From positions 2,970,001 to 3,002,000 of the forward strand of contig NC_007484.1 of assembly GCF_000012805.1 (NCBI RefSeq): 32,000 nucleotides of DNA, given 5' to 3'. The notes beneath the pieces are model-generated. The model had not been told where the DNA came from. It did not search any database and was given only the letters and a program-made list of their open reading frames with translations. This document shows positions 18,242-27,563 of this stretch, piece after piece. The position numbers and the translations under genes are program-made. Within the stretch, counting starts at the first letter, position 1; each line of letters starts with the position of its first letter. Source of the stretch: Nitrosococcus oceani ATCC 19707 (GTDB lineage Bacteria; Pseudomonadota; Gammaproteobacteria; Nitrosococcales; Nitrosococcaceae).

Positions 18242-19227
18242 AAGCTGCTGCGGCCTTCACGCTGCGCTTTAATGGCCTTGGCCAGCTGGTAAACCGCCAT
18301 GGCGTAGAGAGGGCTAGGATTATAGCGAATCAGAGCATAAAAATTATTAAACCCTAGCCAAACCTCGGGACCCTTTTCCTGTTCCAGTACAAACACGGAG
18401 GCAAGCTGGTCTTTAGAGATAGAATCTGCTATTTGGATCCCTTCTTGAAGCAGCTGGCCCACGGATATCGATGGTTTAAGCCCTCGCTTTAGCCATTGAT
18501 GATAATCAACCCCGCTGACTTCCGCTAAACTGGCTACAGGGGCTTTCGCTTGCCAACCCCCCTTCCTTTTCAGAAAATTAGCAATGCTGCCAACCGCGTC
18601 TTCCGGAGTTTCCCAAATATCTCGCCAACCATCCTGATCAAAATCTACGGCGTAATCACGGAAACTATCTGGCATAAACTGGGCAAGCCCCATCGCTCCC
18701 GCGTAGGATCCTGTAAAATTGCGCGGATCTCTTTTTTCTTCTCGAGCAAGCAATAAAAATTCAATCAGTTGATGGCGAAAAAACTGGCTGCGCGGTGGGT
18801 AACGAAAAGCCAAAGTAGCAAGAGAGTCAATGACTCGGTAGCGGCCCATATGGCGGCCATAACGAGTTTCTACTCCCAGGATGGCAACAATAACTTCCGG
18901 GAGCACCCCAAATGTCTCTTGAGCCTGTGCAAGGCTGCGTTGGTTGATTTCCCAAAAAGCGACTCCCCTCTGAATGTGCTCGGGAGTAAGAAAAATGCGC
19001 TGATACTCATACCAGGGTTTACTCTTTTCCGCCGGCCGGGAAATCGCCTGGAGGATGTTTGTTTTGACTTCGACCTCGGCAAACAATTGCTTGAGTTCGG
19101 GCTTATCAAAGCCGTGCTGGGTAACCATCTCATCGATAAAATCATCGATACCAGGCAAGTCGCTATCGGCAGCAGCTACTACCAGGGGCAAAAAGGCATA
19201 GACTAAAAAAGTGATTGTCTTTCTCAT
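18238..19227 (-). CDS. mltB: Lytic murein transglycosylase B
   Basis: It carries SYAGAMGLAQFMPDSF and the GVETRYG motif typical of MltB/SltB. ATG 19227 gives MRKTITFLVYAFLPLVVAAA (signal peptide), 329 aa. The track start at 19245 is a TTG six codons upstream. Confidence 0.85.
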   Translation of the reverse strand: MRKTITFLVYAFLPLVVAAADSDLPGIDDFIDEMVTQHGFDKPELKQLFAEVEVKTNILQAISRPAEKSKPWYEYQRIFLTPEHIQRGVAFWEINQRSLAQAQETFGVLPEVIVAILGVETRYGRHMGRYRVIDSLATLAFRYPPRSQFFRHQLIEFLLLAREEKRDPRNFTGSYAGAMGLAQFMPDSFRDYAVDFDQDGWRDIWETPEDAVGSIANFLKRKGGWQAKAPVASLAEVSGVDYHQWLKRGLKPSISVGQLLQEGIQIADSISKDQLASVFVLEQEKGPEVWLGFNNFYALIRYNPSPLYAMAVYQLAKAIKAQREGRSSL

Positions 19228-19361
19228 TAGTTTGTTCCACGGCAACCCCTACTACCCAAGAATCAACTGGCGGTGATTTCGGGACGATAGCAAGCTACTA
19301 AAAGTTGAAAATGCCTTAAGCTGTCAGAATTACGCTCACCGAGCACAGCAATACCCTCTTT

Positions 19362-19406
19362 AACCCTACTAAAAAGGCCAGCCCCACTCCGTAGTAAAGT
19401 AGGGTT
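19362..19406. repeat. 9-bp inverted repeat AACCCTACT / AGTAGGGTT with 27-nt spacer in the mltB-gatC spacer
   Basis: Read directly: the arms are at 19362-19370 and 19398-19406. It is part of a cluster of CTACTA motifs (see findings). Its function is unknown. Confidence 0.5.
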
Positions 19407-19716
19407 GAACGGCTCCCTTGCTCATAAATGCAGTCTCGACTACTCACCTATATATCCCTTAACAAGGGTAGGATATAGTAGTTTTGGGCCGAGCCCCAAT
19501 GAGGTGCGCTTGAGAAGCACAGTCTCAAGTAGTATAAGTGCTTGCATAGAGGCCTTGCAAAACAGTCCTCAATACCGTATCGGCGTTAAAGGACATTTCT
19601 GAAACGGTCTCTCTATGTATAGAAAGCACCGTACTTTAGCAATGGTGGAGGCTTTTGAGCAAGCAAAGATAGTGTGTCAAAATCCCGTATACCATACTTC
19701 TACTAGAGGAAAAATT

Positions 19717-20004
19717 ATGACATTAAAAACGGCGGATGTTGAATATATCGCCCATTTGGCTCGCCTTGCTATCGACTCGGAGGCTATTCCTCATTACAAG
19801 CATGATTTAAGCCGAATCCTTGAGTTCGTGGGACAAATGAATAAAGTTGACACTACCAATATCGAGCCCATGGCCCACCCTTTAGACGCCATTCAGCGAC
19901 TACGTCCTGACGAAGTCACCGAAAGTGATCAGTGGAGGACCTTTCAATCTATTGCTCCCCAGGTTGAGGCAGGCGTCTACTTAATCCCTAAAGTTATTGA
20001 TTAA
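19717..20004 (+). CDS. gatC: Asp-tRNA(Asn)/Glu-tRNA(Gln) amidotransferase subunit C
   Basis: From ATG 19717 (SD AGAGGA 6 nt upstream) the protein is 95 aa, and MTLKTADVEYIAHLARLAI.. is a typical GatC N-terminus. The 129-aa track ORF is an over-extension. Confidence 0.9.
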   Translation: MTLKTADVEYIAHLARLAIDSEAIPHYKHDLSRILEFVGQMNKVDTTNIEPMAHPLDAIQRLRPDEVTESDQWRTFQSIAPQVEAGVYLIPKVID

Positions 20005-20032
20005 GCTATCATAGTTTTTTGAGAAATAATCT

Positions 20033-21484
20033 ATGCATCATAAGTCCTTAGCCGAACTGGCCAGCGCCCTAAAAGCGCGCGAATTTTCAAGCGAAGAACT
20101 CACCCAGCACTATCTCAAACGTATTGAGCGGCTGAATGAAGATCTCAACAGCTTTATTACCGTCTCTACTGAAGAGGCCCTTAAACAGGCTAAAGCCGCT
20201 GATGCCATATTACAATCCGGGGAAGGAAGCTCGATAACGGGTATCCCTTTAGCCCACAAGGATATTTTTTGTACTACCGGGGTTAAAACAAGCTGTGGCT
20301 CAAAAATGCTCGACAACTTTACCGCGCCCTATAATGCTACCGTAGTCTCCCGCCTCAAAACCGCCGGTGCTGTCATGCTTGGCAAGACCAACATGGACGA
20401 ATTTGCCATGGGCTCCAGCAATGAGACTAGTTTCTATGGTTCGGTGAAAAATCCCTGGGCTCACGACCGGGTTCCCGGCGGTTCCTCGGGGGGATCGGCT
20501 GCGGCAGTAGCTGCAAGGCTGACTCCTGCCGCTACTGGGACAGATACTGGCGGCTCTATCCGTCAGCCGGCGGCTTTATGCGGAATTACTGGGCTAAAAC
20601 CCACTTATGGCCGGGTTTCCCGGTACGGAATGATCGCTTTCGCCTCCAGCCTCGACCAGGGTGGCCCTATGGCCCGCACTGCCCAGGATGCAGCCCTTTT
20701 GCTTAATGTTATGGCTGGTTTTGACGAGCGGGACTCCACCTCTGTAGCGCAAGATGTTCCCGACTACACCCTTTCTCTTGAAGAGAGCATCAAAGGGATT
20801 AAAATCGGTCTACCCACAGAATATTTCGACGAAAACCTGAACCCGGGTATCGCCATCCCCATTGAGGCCGCTATCAAAGAATTTGAACGCCTCGGCGCTC
20901 AGATCCGTGAAATCAGCTTGCCCAATACTAAGCTGGCGGTCCCTACCTATTATGTGGTTGCCCCAGCAGAGTGTTCTTCTAACCTTTCCCGCTATGATGG
21001 CACTCGTTTTGGTTACCGTTGCGACAACCCCAAAGATCTCCTAGAGCTTTATTGTCGCTCTCGAGGCGAAGGCTTTGGCCCTGAAGTCAAGCGCCGGATT
21101 TTGATAGGCACTTATGTGCTCTCGGCAGGCTATTACGATGCCTATTATCTCAAAGCCCAGAAATTACGGCGTCTTATTAGCGATGATTTTAAACAAGCCC
21201 TTACTGAAGTGGATGTCATTATGGGCCCCACTTCGCCAACACCCGCTTTTCGGCTCGGAGAGAAAAGCGACGACCCGGTTGCTATGTACTTAGCTGATAT
21301 TTATACCATCAACGTTAACCTGGCCGGATTGCCCGCACTTTCCATTCCGGCAGGCTTTGCCCAAGGGCTGCCCGTCGGCCTACAAATCATTGGTAATTAT
21401 TTCAGCGAATCGCGCCTCCTCAACCTTGCCCACCGCTACCAACAAGTCACAGACTGGCATGACCGCATTCCTGCAGGTTATTAA
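20033..21484 (+). CDS. gatA: Asp-tRNA(Asn)/Glu-tRNA(Gln) amidotransferase subunit A
   Basis: 483 aa with the amidase signature [13 protein letters not shown] and the Ser-cisSer-Lys region ([12 protein letters not shown]). It lies directly after gatC. Confidence 0.96.
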   Translation: MHHKSLAELASALKAREFSSEELTQHYLKRIERLNEDLNSFITVSTEEALKQAKAADAILQSGEGSSITGIPLAHKDIFCTTGVKTSCGSKMLDNFTAPYNATVVSRLKTAGAVMLGKTNMDEFAMGSSNETSFYGSVKNPWAHDRVPGGSSGGSAAAVAARLTPAATGTDTGGSIRQPAALCGITGLKPTYGRVSRYGMIAFASSLDQGGPMARTAQDAALLLNVMAGFDERDSTSVAQDVPDYTLSLEESIKGIKIGLPTEYFDENLNPGIAIPIEAAIKEFERLGAQIREISLPNTKLAVPTYYVVAPAECSSNLSRYDGTRFGYRCDNPKDLLELYCRSRGEGFGPEVKRRILIGTYVLSAGYYDAYYLKAQKLRRLISDDFKQALTEVDVIMGPTSPTPAFRLGEKSDDPVAMYLADIYTINVNLAGLPALSIPAGFAQGLPVGLQIIGNYFSESRLLNLAHRYQQVTDWHDRIPAGY

Positions 21485-21589
21485 GTATCTAGCTGCTAGA
21501 CCGATAGCTCGCAAGCAATTACCCCACTCTATTCACCTAAATGAACGAATACATTGTACCGAACTGCTAACATAAGGGAGAAACATGCG

Positions 21590-22867
21590 GTGCTAACATT
21601 AAAAGAGATACGAGTCGGAATTCTCGGGCTAGGTTATGTGGGGCTCCCCCTGGCGGTGGAATTTGGCAAAAAGTTTCCCACCATGGGGTTTGATATCAAT
21701 CCAAGGCGTATTGCGGAGCTAAAGGAGGGACGTGACAGTACCCTGGAAGTAGAACCTGAATTATTGGCAGCAACCACTCAGCTCCAATATACCCACCAGG
21801 CACAAGATTTAATTGATTGCAATGTCTACATTATCACTGTTCCTACGCCGATTGACGAATATAAACGCCCCGATCTCCGCCCCTTGGAAAGTGCAAGCCA
21901 TACGGTAGGCAAAGTGCTCAAACGGGGGAATATCGCCATTTTTGAATCTACCGTTTATCCAGGAGCTACCGAAGAAATTTGTGTTCCTATTCTGGAACGT
22001 GAATCAGGACTTACCTATAACCAAGAATTTTTTGCAGGTTATAGCCCCGAACGAATCAATCCAGGAGACAAGCAACATCGGGTGGCTTCTATCTGCAAAG
22101 TCATATCAGCCTCGACGGTTGAGGCCACAGAATTAGTGGATGAGATCTATGCCAGTATTATTACTGCAGGCACCCATAAAGCGAACAGCATCCGTGTTGC
22201 TGAAGCGGCCAAAGTAATTGAAAATACCCAGCGGGATGTCAATATTGCCCTAATCAATGAATTAGCAATGCTCTTTAACCAACTTGGTATTGATACCCAG
22301 GAGGTCCTGGAAGCAGCAGCGACCAAGTGGAATTTCTTGCCATTTCGCCCCGGACTGGTTGGCGGGCACTGTATTGGTATCGATCCATATTACCTCACTC
22401 ACAAGGCGCAAGCCATCGGCTTCCAACCTGAAATGATCCTCGCCGGCCGCCGAGTCAACGATGGCATGGGAAGCTACGTTGCTAGTCAAATAGTTAAACT
22501 CATGACCCAACGCCGCATCCACGTGGTGGATAGCAGGATATTGATTCTAGGGCTCGCTTTCAAGGAAAACTGCCCCGATTTACGGAATACTCGGGTGATG
22601 GATATTATCGCCGAACTTAAAAACTACCATGCTCAAATTGATATTTACGATCCTTGGATAGACGCTAAGGAGGCTAGGCAAGAACATGGAATCACTCTTG
22701 TCACTGATTTAAGAGACGGTTATTACGATGCCATCATCGTGGCGGTAGCTCACCGGCAATTCGCTGAGTTAAAGGCCGCGGGTATTCGCGCCTTAGGGAA
22801 GCCAAGAAGCATTCTCTATGACGTCAAACATCTTCTCCCTAAGGAGGCGGTAGATGGTCGCCTTTAA
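21590..22867 (+). CDS. Nucleotide-sugar 6-dehydrogenase, TviB/WbpO-like (UDP-N-acetylhexosamine or UDP-sugar dehydrogenase family)
   Basis: GTG 21590 lies 9 nt after AAGGGAG and gives 425 aa. It has an N-terminal Rossmann motif ([18 protein letters not shown]), a catalytic Cys region (GLVGGHCIG) and the length typical of the TviB/WbpO/CapL group. The track start at TTG 21554 is less likely. Confidence 0.85.
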   Translation: MLTLKEIRVGILGLGYVGLPLAVEFGKKFPTMGFDINPRRIAELKEGRDSTLEVEPELLAATTQLQYTHQAQDLIDCNVYIITVPTPIDEYKRPDLRPLESASHTVGKVLKRGNIAIFESTVYPGATEEICVPILERESGLTYNQEFFAGYSPERINPGDKQHRVASICKVISASTVEATELVDEIYASIITAGTHKANSIRVAEAAKVIENTQRDVNIALINELAMLFNQLGIDTQEVLEAAATKWNFLPFRPGLVGGHCIGIDPYYLTHKAQAIGFQPEMILAGRRVNDGMGSYVASQIVKLMTQRRIHVVDSRILILGLAFKENCPDLRNTRVMDIIAELKNYHAQIDIYDPWIDAKEARQEHGITLVTDLRDGYYDAIIVAVAHRQFAELKAAGIRALGKPRSILYDVKHLLPKEAVDGRL

Positions 22868-22932
22868 GCTATTCTAAATTTGACCTATGTAACAACAATA
22901 ATACCCTAAGGCAAAGTCCAGGAAACATCTAA

Positions 22933-23943
22933 ATGAAAATTATGGTGACGGGAAGCGCCGGCTTTATCGGCGCGGCATTGACCGAGAAACTGCTAAAGCG
23001 CGGCGATGAGGTCATTGGCGTTGATAATCTCAATGATTATTACGATGTCAATCTGAAACGGGCCCGGCTGGCCCGCTTTCAAACTAACCCCGCCTTTACC
23101 GAAGTGCCTATTGGGCTGGAGAATCGCGAAGCTTTGCGGGCTATATTTGCTAAATATCGGCCCCAACGGGTAGTTAATCTAGCGGCTCAAGCTGGCGTTC
23201 GTTACTCCCTGGAAAACCCCTATGCCTATATGGATAGCAATCTATATGGCTTCCTGAACATCCTAGAGAACTGCCGCCATTACCAGGTAGAACACCTCGT
23301 TTTTGCCTCCAGCAGCTCCGTTTATGGCGCTAACACTAAAATGCCCTACGCAGTCCAAGATAATGTGGATCATCCCTTGAGTTTGTACGCGGCTTCGAAA
23401 AAGGCTAATGAATTAATGGCCCATACTTATAGCCACCTTTATCGGCTTCCAACGACCGGATTGCGTTTTTTCACCGTCTATGGCCCTTGGGGACGGCCGG
23501 ACATGGCTCTCTTTAAGTTTACCCGTAATATCCTGGCGGGTAAACCTATCGAGGTCTATAATTACGGCCATCATCAACGGGACTTTACCTATATTGACGA
23601 TATCGTAGAGGGAGTGACTCGTACCCTAGATCGGCTTCCGGCACCTAACGCCAACTGGAATGGGGCAACCCCTGAGCCAAATACGAGCTCCGCACCCTAC
23701 CGAATTTACAATATAGGCAATCATCAGCCTGTAGAACTCGGTAAGTTTATCAAGATATTAGAAGAATGCCTGGGCCGCGAAGCAAAAAAGAATTTACTTC
23801 CCCTACAGCCTGGGGATGTCCCTGCCACCTACGCGGATGTGGATGATTTAATCCAGGACATGGAGTTCTACCCTGCTACACCTATCGAGGAGGGGATCGC
23901 CCGCTTCGTAGCCTGGTATAAAAATTACCATAAGGTAAGATAA
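22933..23943 (+). CDS. NAD-dependent nucleotide-sugar epimerase (UDP-glucuronate 4-epimerase-like, extended SDR)
   Basis: 336 aa with [10 protein letters not shown] (GxxGxxG), an NDYYDVNLK segment and the catalytic YAASKKANE (YxxxK). It is paired with the upstream dehydrogenase. Confidence 0.85.
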   Translation: MKIMVTGSAGFIGAALTEKLLKRGDEVIGVDNLNDYYDVNLKRARLARFQTNPAFTEVPIGLENREALRAIFAKYRPQRVVNLAAQAGVRYSLENPYAYMDSNLYGFLNILENCRHYQVEHLVFASSSSVYGANTKMPYAVQDNVDHPLSLYAASKKANELMAHTYSHLYRLPTTGLRFFTVYGPWGRPDMALFKFTRNILAGKPIEVYNYGHHQRDFTYIDDIVEGVTRTLDRLPAPNANWNGATPEPNTSSAPYRIYNIGNHQPVELGKFIKILEECLGREAKKNLLPLQPGDVPATYADVDDLIQDMEFYPATPIEEGIARFVAWYKNYHKVR

Positions 23944-23974
23944 GTAAGAAGATTAACTTTAAGGAAAGGTTAGA

Positions 23975-24841
23975 ATGCCTGACTTAGCCCTTCATTCATC
24001 ATCGGCTTCTTCTGCTCAGAGGCGTAGCTTACGTTTGTTAAGCTATAATATCCAAGCAGGTGTTATCACTACCCGTTATCATCATTATCTTACCCGAAGC
24101 TGGAAACATATTCTGCCCGATGCGCGCCGCCATCAAACCCTAACCAGTATCGCCCAAGTAATATCGGATTTTGATATTGTGGGGTTGCAAGAAGCAGATA
24201 GTGGTAGCCTGCGTACTGGCTTTGTGAACCAAGCAAAACTACTTGCAGAACTTTGCGATTTTCCCTACTTCCACCAGCAAGCCACGCGCCGCTTTGCTAA
24301 TATCGCTCAGCAAAGCAACGCCCTCCTTAGCCGAATACAACCAAGCTATCTTCGTACCTACCGGCTGCCAGGTCTAGTACCCGGACGAGGGGCTATCTTG
24401 GCCCACTTTGGCAATCCCAAAAATCCCCTAATCGTCCTTCTGATCCACCTTGCTCTAGGCCGCCGCTCGCGAACCCAGCAGCTAGATTTCATCAGTAGTT
24501 TAGTCCACAATCATCCCTATGTCGTGGTCATGGGGGATTTAAATTGCCAGCTTCACAGCCCGGAGCTGCGCGCCTTATTGCGGAAAACTGGACTGAAGGC
24601 ACCGGTCACTAAAATCGCAACCTATCCTAGCTGGCGCCCAAAACGACATATCGATCATATCTTAGTGAGCCCCTCATTGGAGGTCATTCAAGTGGGTGCG
24701 CTAGCCCATGCTGTCTCTGATCACCTTCCATTAGCCACAGAAATTCTGGTTCCAGCGGAAATAGGGTTATGGGATAATAAAACCTCCGGGCTGCCCGCCA
24801 AAAGCATCCCGAAATCTGAGCAAAAAGTTGCCTGGATGTAA
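23975..24841 (+). CDS. Endonuclease/exonuclease/phosphatase (EEP) family protein
   Basis: 288 aa. EEP catalytic motifs appear in the correct order: SYNIQ, GLQEAD, MGDLN, IDHILVS, SDHLPL. No signal peptide is obvious and the substrate is unknown. Confidence 0.7.
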   Translation: MPDLALHSSSASSAQRRSLRLLSYNIQAGVITTRYHHYLTRSWKHILPDARRHQTLTSIAQVISDFDIVGLQEADSGSLRTGFVNQAKLLAELCDFPYFHQQATRRFANIAQQSNALLSRIQPSYLRTYRLPGLVPGRGAILAHFGNPKNPLIVLLIHLALGRRSRTQQLDFISSLVHNHPYVVVMGDLNCQLHSPELRALLRKTGLKAPVTKIATYPSWRPKRHIDHILVSPSLEVIQVGALAHAVSDHLPLATEILVPAEIGLWDNKTSGLPAKSIPKSEQKVAWM

Positions 24842-24953
24842 AGGCTCCTATAAAATTCGCCCTAGATCTGGTATAACCCGCTTTTTTACATTCATTTAGC
24901 CTAAAATACCCCCTTGGCGGGCTCTCCAAACGCTTATCTAGGAGTAATCAATA

Positions 24954-25190
24954 ATGTCCAAAGTATGTCAGGTAACGGGCAAACGCCCTGCGAGCGGTAA
25001 TAATGTTTCCCATGCCCATAACAAAACTAGGCGCCGGTTTCTGCCTAACCTCCATACCCATCGGTTCTGGGTTGAAGGCGAAAATCGTTGGGTAAAACTT
25101 AAAGTGAGTGGCAAAGGACTCCGTATGATCGATAAACTAGGTATCGATCAAGTCTTGGCAGATATGCGAACCCGGGGCGAAAAAATATAA
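24954..25190 (+). CDS. rpmB: 50S ribosomal protein L28
   Basis: 78 aa. [34 protein letters not shown] is canonical L28. The SD is AGGAG. Confidence 0.97.
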   Translation: MSKVCQVTGKRPASGNNVSHAHNKTRRRFLPNLHTHRFWVEGENRWVKLKVSGKGLRMIDKLGIDQVLADMRTRGEKI

Positions 25191-25203
25191 GGAGAGAGAA
25201 AGT

Positions 25204-25359
25204 ATGCGCGATAAAATCAAGTTGGTATCCAGTGCAGGTACTGGCCATTATTACACGACGACAAAGAACAAACGTACCACACCGGAAAAGCTAGAAAAGA
25301 AAAAATACGATCCAGTAGTACGCAAGCATGTTCTTTATAAAGAAGCTAAAATTAAATAG
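25204..25359 (+). CDS. rpmG: 50S ribosomal protein L33 (51 aa; absent from ORF track)
   Basis: ATG 25204 follows GGAGAGAG and lies 13 nt after the rpmB stop. The translation [51 protein letters not shown] is canonical L33. Confidence 0.96.
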   Translation: MRDKIKLVSSAGTGHYYTTTKNKRTTPEKLEKKKYDPVVRKHVLYKEAKIK

Positions 25360-25381
25360 CCATTAATTTTGTCTTGAGTTT

Positions 25382-25419
25382 CCTCTAAAAACCCGTCTTT
25401 TCTGGCGGGTTTTTAGAGG
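25382..25419. terminator. Bidirectional intrinsic terminator between rpmG (+) and the desaturase gene (-)
   Basis: It has a perfect 14-bp stem, CCTCTAAAAACCCG (25382-25395) / CGGGTTTTTAGAGG (25406-25419), with a 10-nt loop. The A- and T-runs inside the arms give a U-tract in either orientation. It sits 22 nt after the rpmG stop and 23 nt after the desaturase stop. Confidence 0.7.
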
Positions 25420-25442
25420 GCATCATAAAATTATTTATCCAT

Positions 25443-26612
25443 TCAAACCTGCTGAAGAGAATAGCCGCGCAGGGAGAGGGCGAAATCCTGCAAGGCTTTT
25501 ATCCCGGATTCCTCGGCCTGGCGGCACCACTCCTGCAGGGCATACAATAGCGCCTCCTGGCTAGACCAAGCCTGGGACCAGAGGGCCTGGAGCTGCTGGC
25601 GAAAGCGATACACCGTCTCCAGGCGCTGATTATCCTTGAGCATGGCGCTCAGCTCCTGCTGGGCCTTGGCATCCATCAACGCCTCATGGCGCAGCAACCA
25701 GTTACGGGCCCGCCGGTACAGCGCGTTGCCTGAGAAATGAGCCGCCTCCTCTTGGAGTACCGGAGCCATCACCTCCCGCCCATAGGCGGTCAACAGGCGG
25801 AAGCGGTGAGCCACCACGGCCCTGAGCGTGTCCACATCCACCCACTGCTTCCCGGGCTGGATGAGCAGCTTGGGGGCTACCTTTTTCACCCGGGCCAGCT
25901 TCAACGCCGCCAACACCCGAATGTAGAGCCAGCCGATATCAAACTCATACCACTTGGAAGAGAGCTTGGCGGAACTACCATAGGCGTGGTGGTTATTGTG
26001 CAGCTCTTCCCCCCCAATCAATATCCCCCAGGGGAGTAGATTGGTGGAGGCATCGGCCACCTCATAGTTCCGATAGCCCCAGTAGTGGCCCAGTCCGTTA
26101 ATCACCCCCGCCGCAAAGAAGGGAATCCAGTGCATCTGAACCGCCCATATCACTAAACCCGCTACACCAAACAAGCCCAGGTTGATGAAGAGCATCAGCA
26201 CAATCCCCGCGTAGCTATGTTTCGTGTAGAGGTTGCGCTCAAGCCAATCATCCGGGGTGCCATGGCCATACTTCTCCGTTACCTGCGGGTCTCGGGCCGC
26301 CTCCCGGTAGAGCGAGGCGCCTTGCCATAGCACTTTGTGGATACCCACCGTCCGAGGACTATGGGGGTCTTCGGCCGTCTCGCATTTGGCATGGTGTTTA
26401 CGGTGCACCGCCGCCCATTCCTTGGTCACTATCCCGGTGGTCAGCCATAGCCAGAAACGAAAGCAGTGGCTCACCGCCGGATGCAACTCCAGCGCCCGGT
26501 GAGCCTGGTGGCGGTGAAGATAAACCGTCACACTGATGATGGTCAGGTGGGTCAGGACCAGCGTGACCGCAAAATAGCCCCAAAAGGACAATTCTAAAAC
26601 TCCAGAAAACAT
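25443..26612 (-). CDS. Membrane fatty-acid (acyl-lipid/acyl-CoA delta-9 type) desaturase
   Basis: 389 aa with N-terminal TM helices and three histidine boxes (HRHQAH, HRKHH, HNNHH), plus a long helical C-terminal extension as in Pseudomonas DesA-type enzymes. The SD is GGAGAG. The gene is markedly GC-richer than its flanks. Confidence 0.9.
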   Translation of the reverse strand: MFSGVLELSFWGYFAVTLVLTHLTIISVTVYLHRHQAHRALELHPAVSHCFRFWLWLTTGIVTKEWAAVHRKHHAKCETAEDPHSPRTVGIHKVLWQGASLYREAARDPQVTEKYGHGTPDDWLERNLYTKHSYAGIVLMLFINLGLFGVAGLVIWAVQMHWIPFFAAGVINGLGHYWGYRNYEVADASTNLLPWGILIGGEELHNNHHAYGSSAKLSSKWYEFDIGWLYIRVLAALKLARVKKVAPKLLIQPGKQWVDVDTLRAVVAHRFRLLTAYGREVMAPVLQEEAAHFSGNALYRRARNWLLRHEALMDAKAQQELSAMLKDNQRLETVYRFRQQLQALWSQAWSSQEALLYALQEWCRQAEESGIKALQDFALSLRGYSLQQV

Positions 26613-26659
26613 GTATTCAACTCTCCGACGTTATGTTATGCCAGAACTCAAGTATCTTT

Positions 26660-26689
26660 ATTATAAATTTTTGGATATTGCCTTGAGAA
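26660..26689 (-). promoter_or_regulatory. Candidate sigma-70 promoter for the desaturase gene
   Basis: On the minus strand there is TTCTCA (26689-26684), an 18-nt spacer, then a perfect TATAAT (26665-26660), about 45 nt upstream of the ATG. This rests on sequence pattern only. Confidence 0.3.
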
Positions 26690-26866
26690 AATCCGCGCCT
26701 ATTGGCCTTGTTTCTAGCATCTCAAACCAATATTCGGTTATTTTTTATAGATACGTCATCCTCCCAGCGGAAACCGCATACTAGCCGATGCGGTAATCAG
26801 CGTCTATTAAAGGGACATTGTTTCCATATATCCCATGCTTGACAGTCTATTATCCAGGACAATACC

Positions 26867-27316
26867 ATGCCTAAACCTATCACTCCTCTACTGGCAGTCG
26901 ATATTATCATTGCTATAAAAGATCGGCCTAATCAACCTATTGTCCTCATCAAGCGCCGTAACCCCCCCCTCGGATGGGCCCTACCGGGTGGTTTTGTCGA
27001 TGTTGGCGAGATGTTGGAGCAAGCGGCAATACGTGAAGCTCAAGAGGAAACCGGGCTTAAAGTTAGGCTTGAAGCCCTCCTAGGTTGCTACTCTGATCCC
27101 GCACGAGATCCTCGTGGCCATACGATCAGCGCGGTCTACGCAGCCAGTGCTTCTGGGGTCCCTAAAGCCGCCGACGATGCGGCTGAAGTAGCCTTATTTT
27201 TACTGGACAAACTTCCTAAACATTTAGTCTTTGACCACCGCCAAATCCTGACCGATTACGCCCACTATCGCTCTACTGGAACGCTTGCGCCAATCCGCCA
27301 AGTGGGTTCAAGTTAA
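26867..27316 (+). CDS. NUDIX hydrolase
   Basis: 149 aa with the Nudix box GGFVDVGEMLEQAAIREAQEETGL (GX5EX7REUXEEXGU). The substrate cannot be determined from the sequence. Confidence 0.85.
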   Translation: MPKPITPLLAVDIIIAIKDRPNQPIVLIKRRNPPLGWALPGGFVDVGEMLEQAAIREAQEETGLKVRLEALLGCYSDPARDPRGHTISAVYAASASGVPKAADDAAEVALFLLDKLPKHLVFDHRQILTDYAHYRSTGTLAPIRQVGSS

Positions 27317-27563
27317 AGGAATAATATGCCAAAATGGAATTCACTGATGGCTGCCAATAACAAGCGATACAAAGAAATATAAGTAGCTATGAATAAAATA
27401 GGGGATAGTGGAGAGCCGGAACCAAAGAATAAGGAAAGGAAATTCCTACATTGAAGGATACCCCCAGAGGGCGTGCGCCAAATTTTTCAGGAAGAAAAAA
27501 GTTAGTTTGCGAAGCACCAATGTCTCAAAATTTTTTTTGCCGAGGAACTTAAGTAAACGACCC

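Noticed and set aside
19405-19602. A 65-aa ORF in the mltB-gatC spacer as a possible small protein.
   Set aside because: It starts at a non-ATG codon with no ribosome-binding site, has a Ser-rich composition with no hydrophobic or recognisable motif, and spans several dyad symmetries. The region more likely functions as RNA or as binding sites (reported as a finding instead).
24842-24953. A possible terminator or promoter upstream of rpmB (CCCGCTTTTTT run at about 24878-24888).
   Set aside because: The T-run is not preceded by a complementary GC-rich stem in either orientation, and candidate -35/-10 pairs have wrong spacing. No supportable call can be made.
26839-26869. A TTGACA hexamer 22 nt upstream of the NUDIX ATG, suggesting a promoter and a leaderless transcript.
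   Set aside because: With a 17-nt spacer the -10 hexamer would be ATACCA and would overlap the start codon. That is a poor match and the geometry is implausible, so it is too weak to call.
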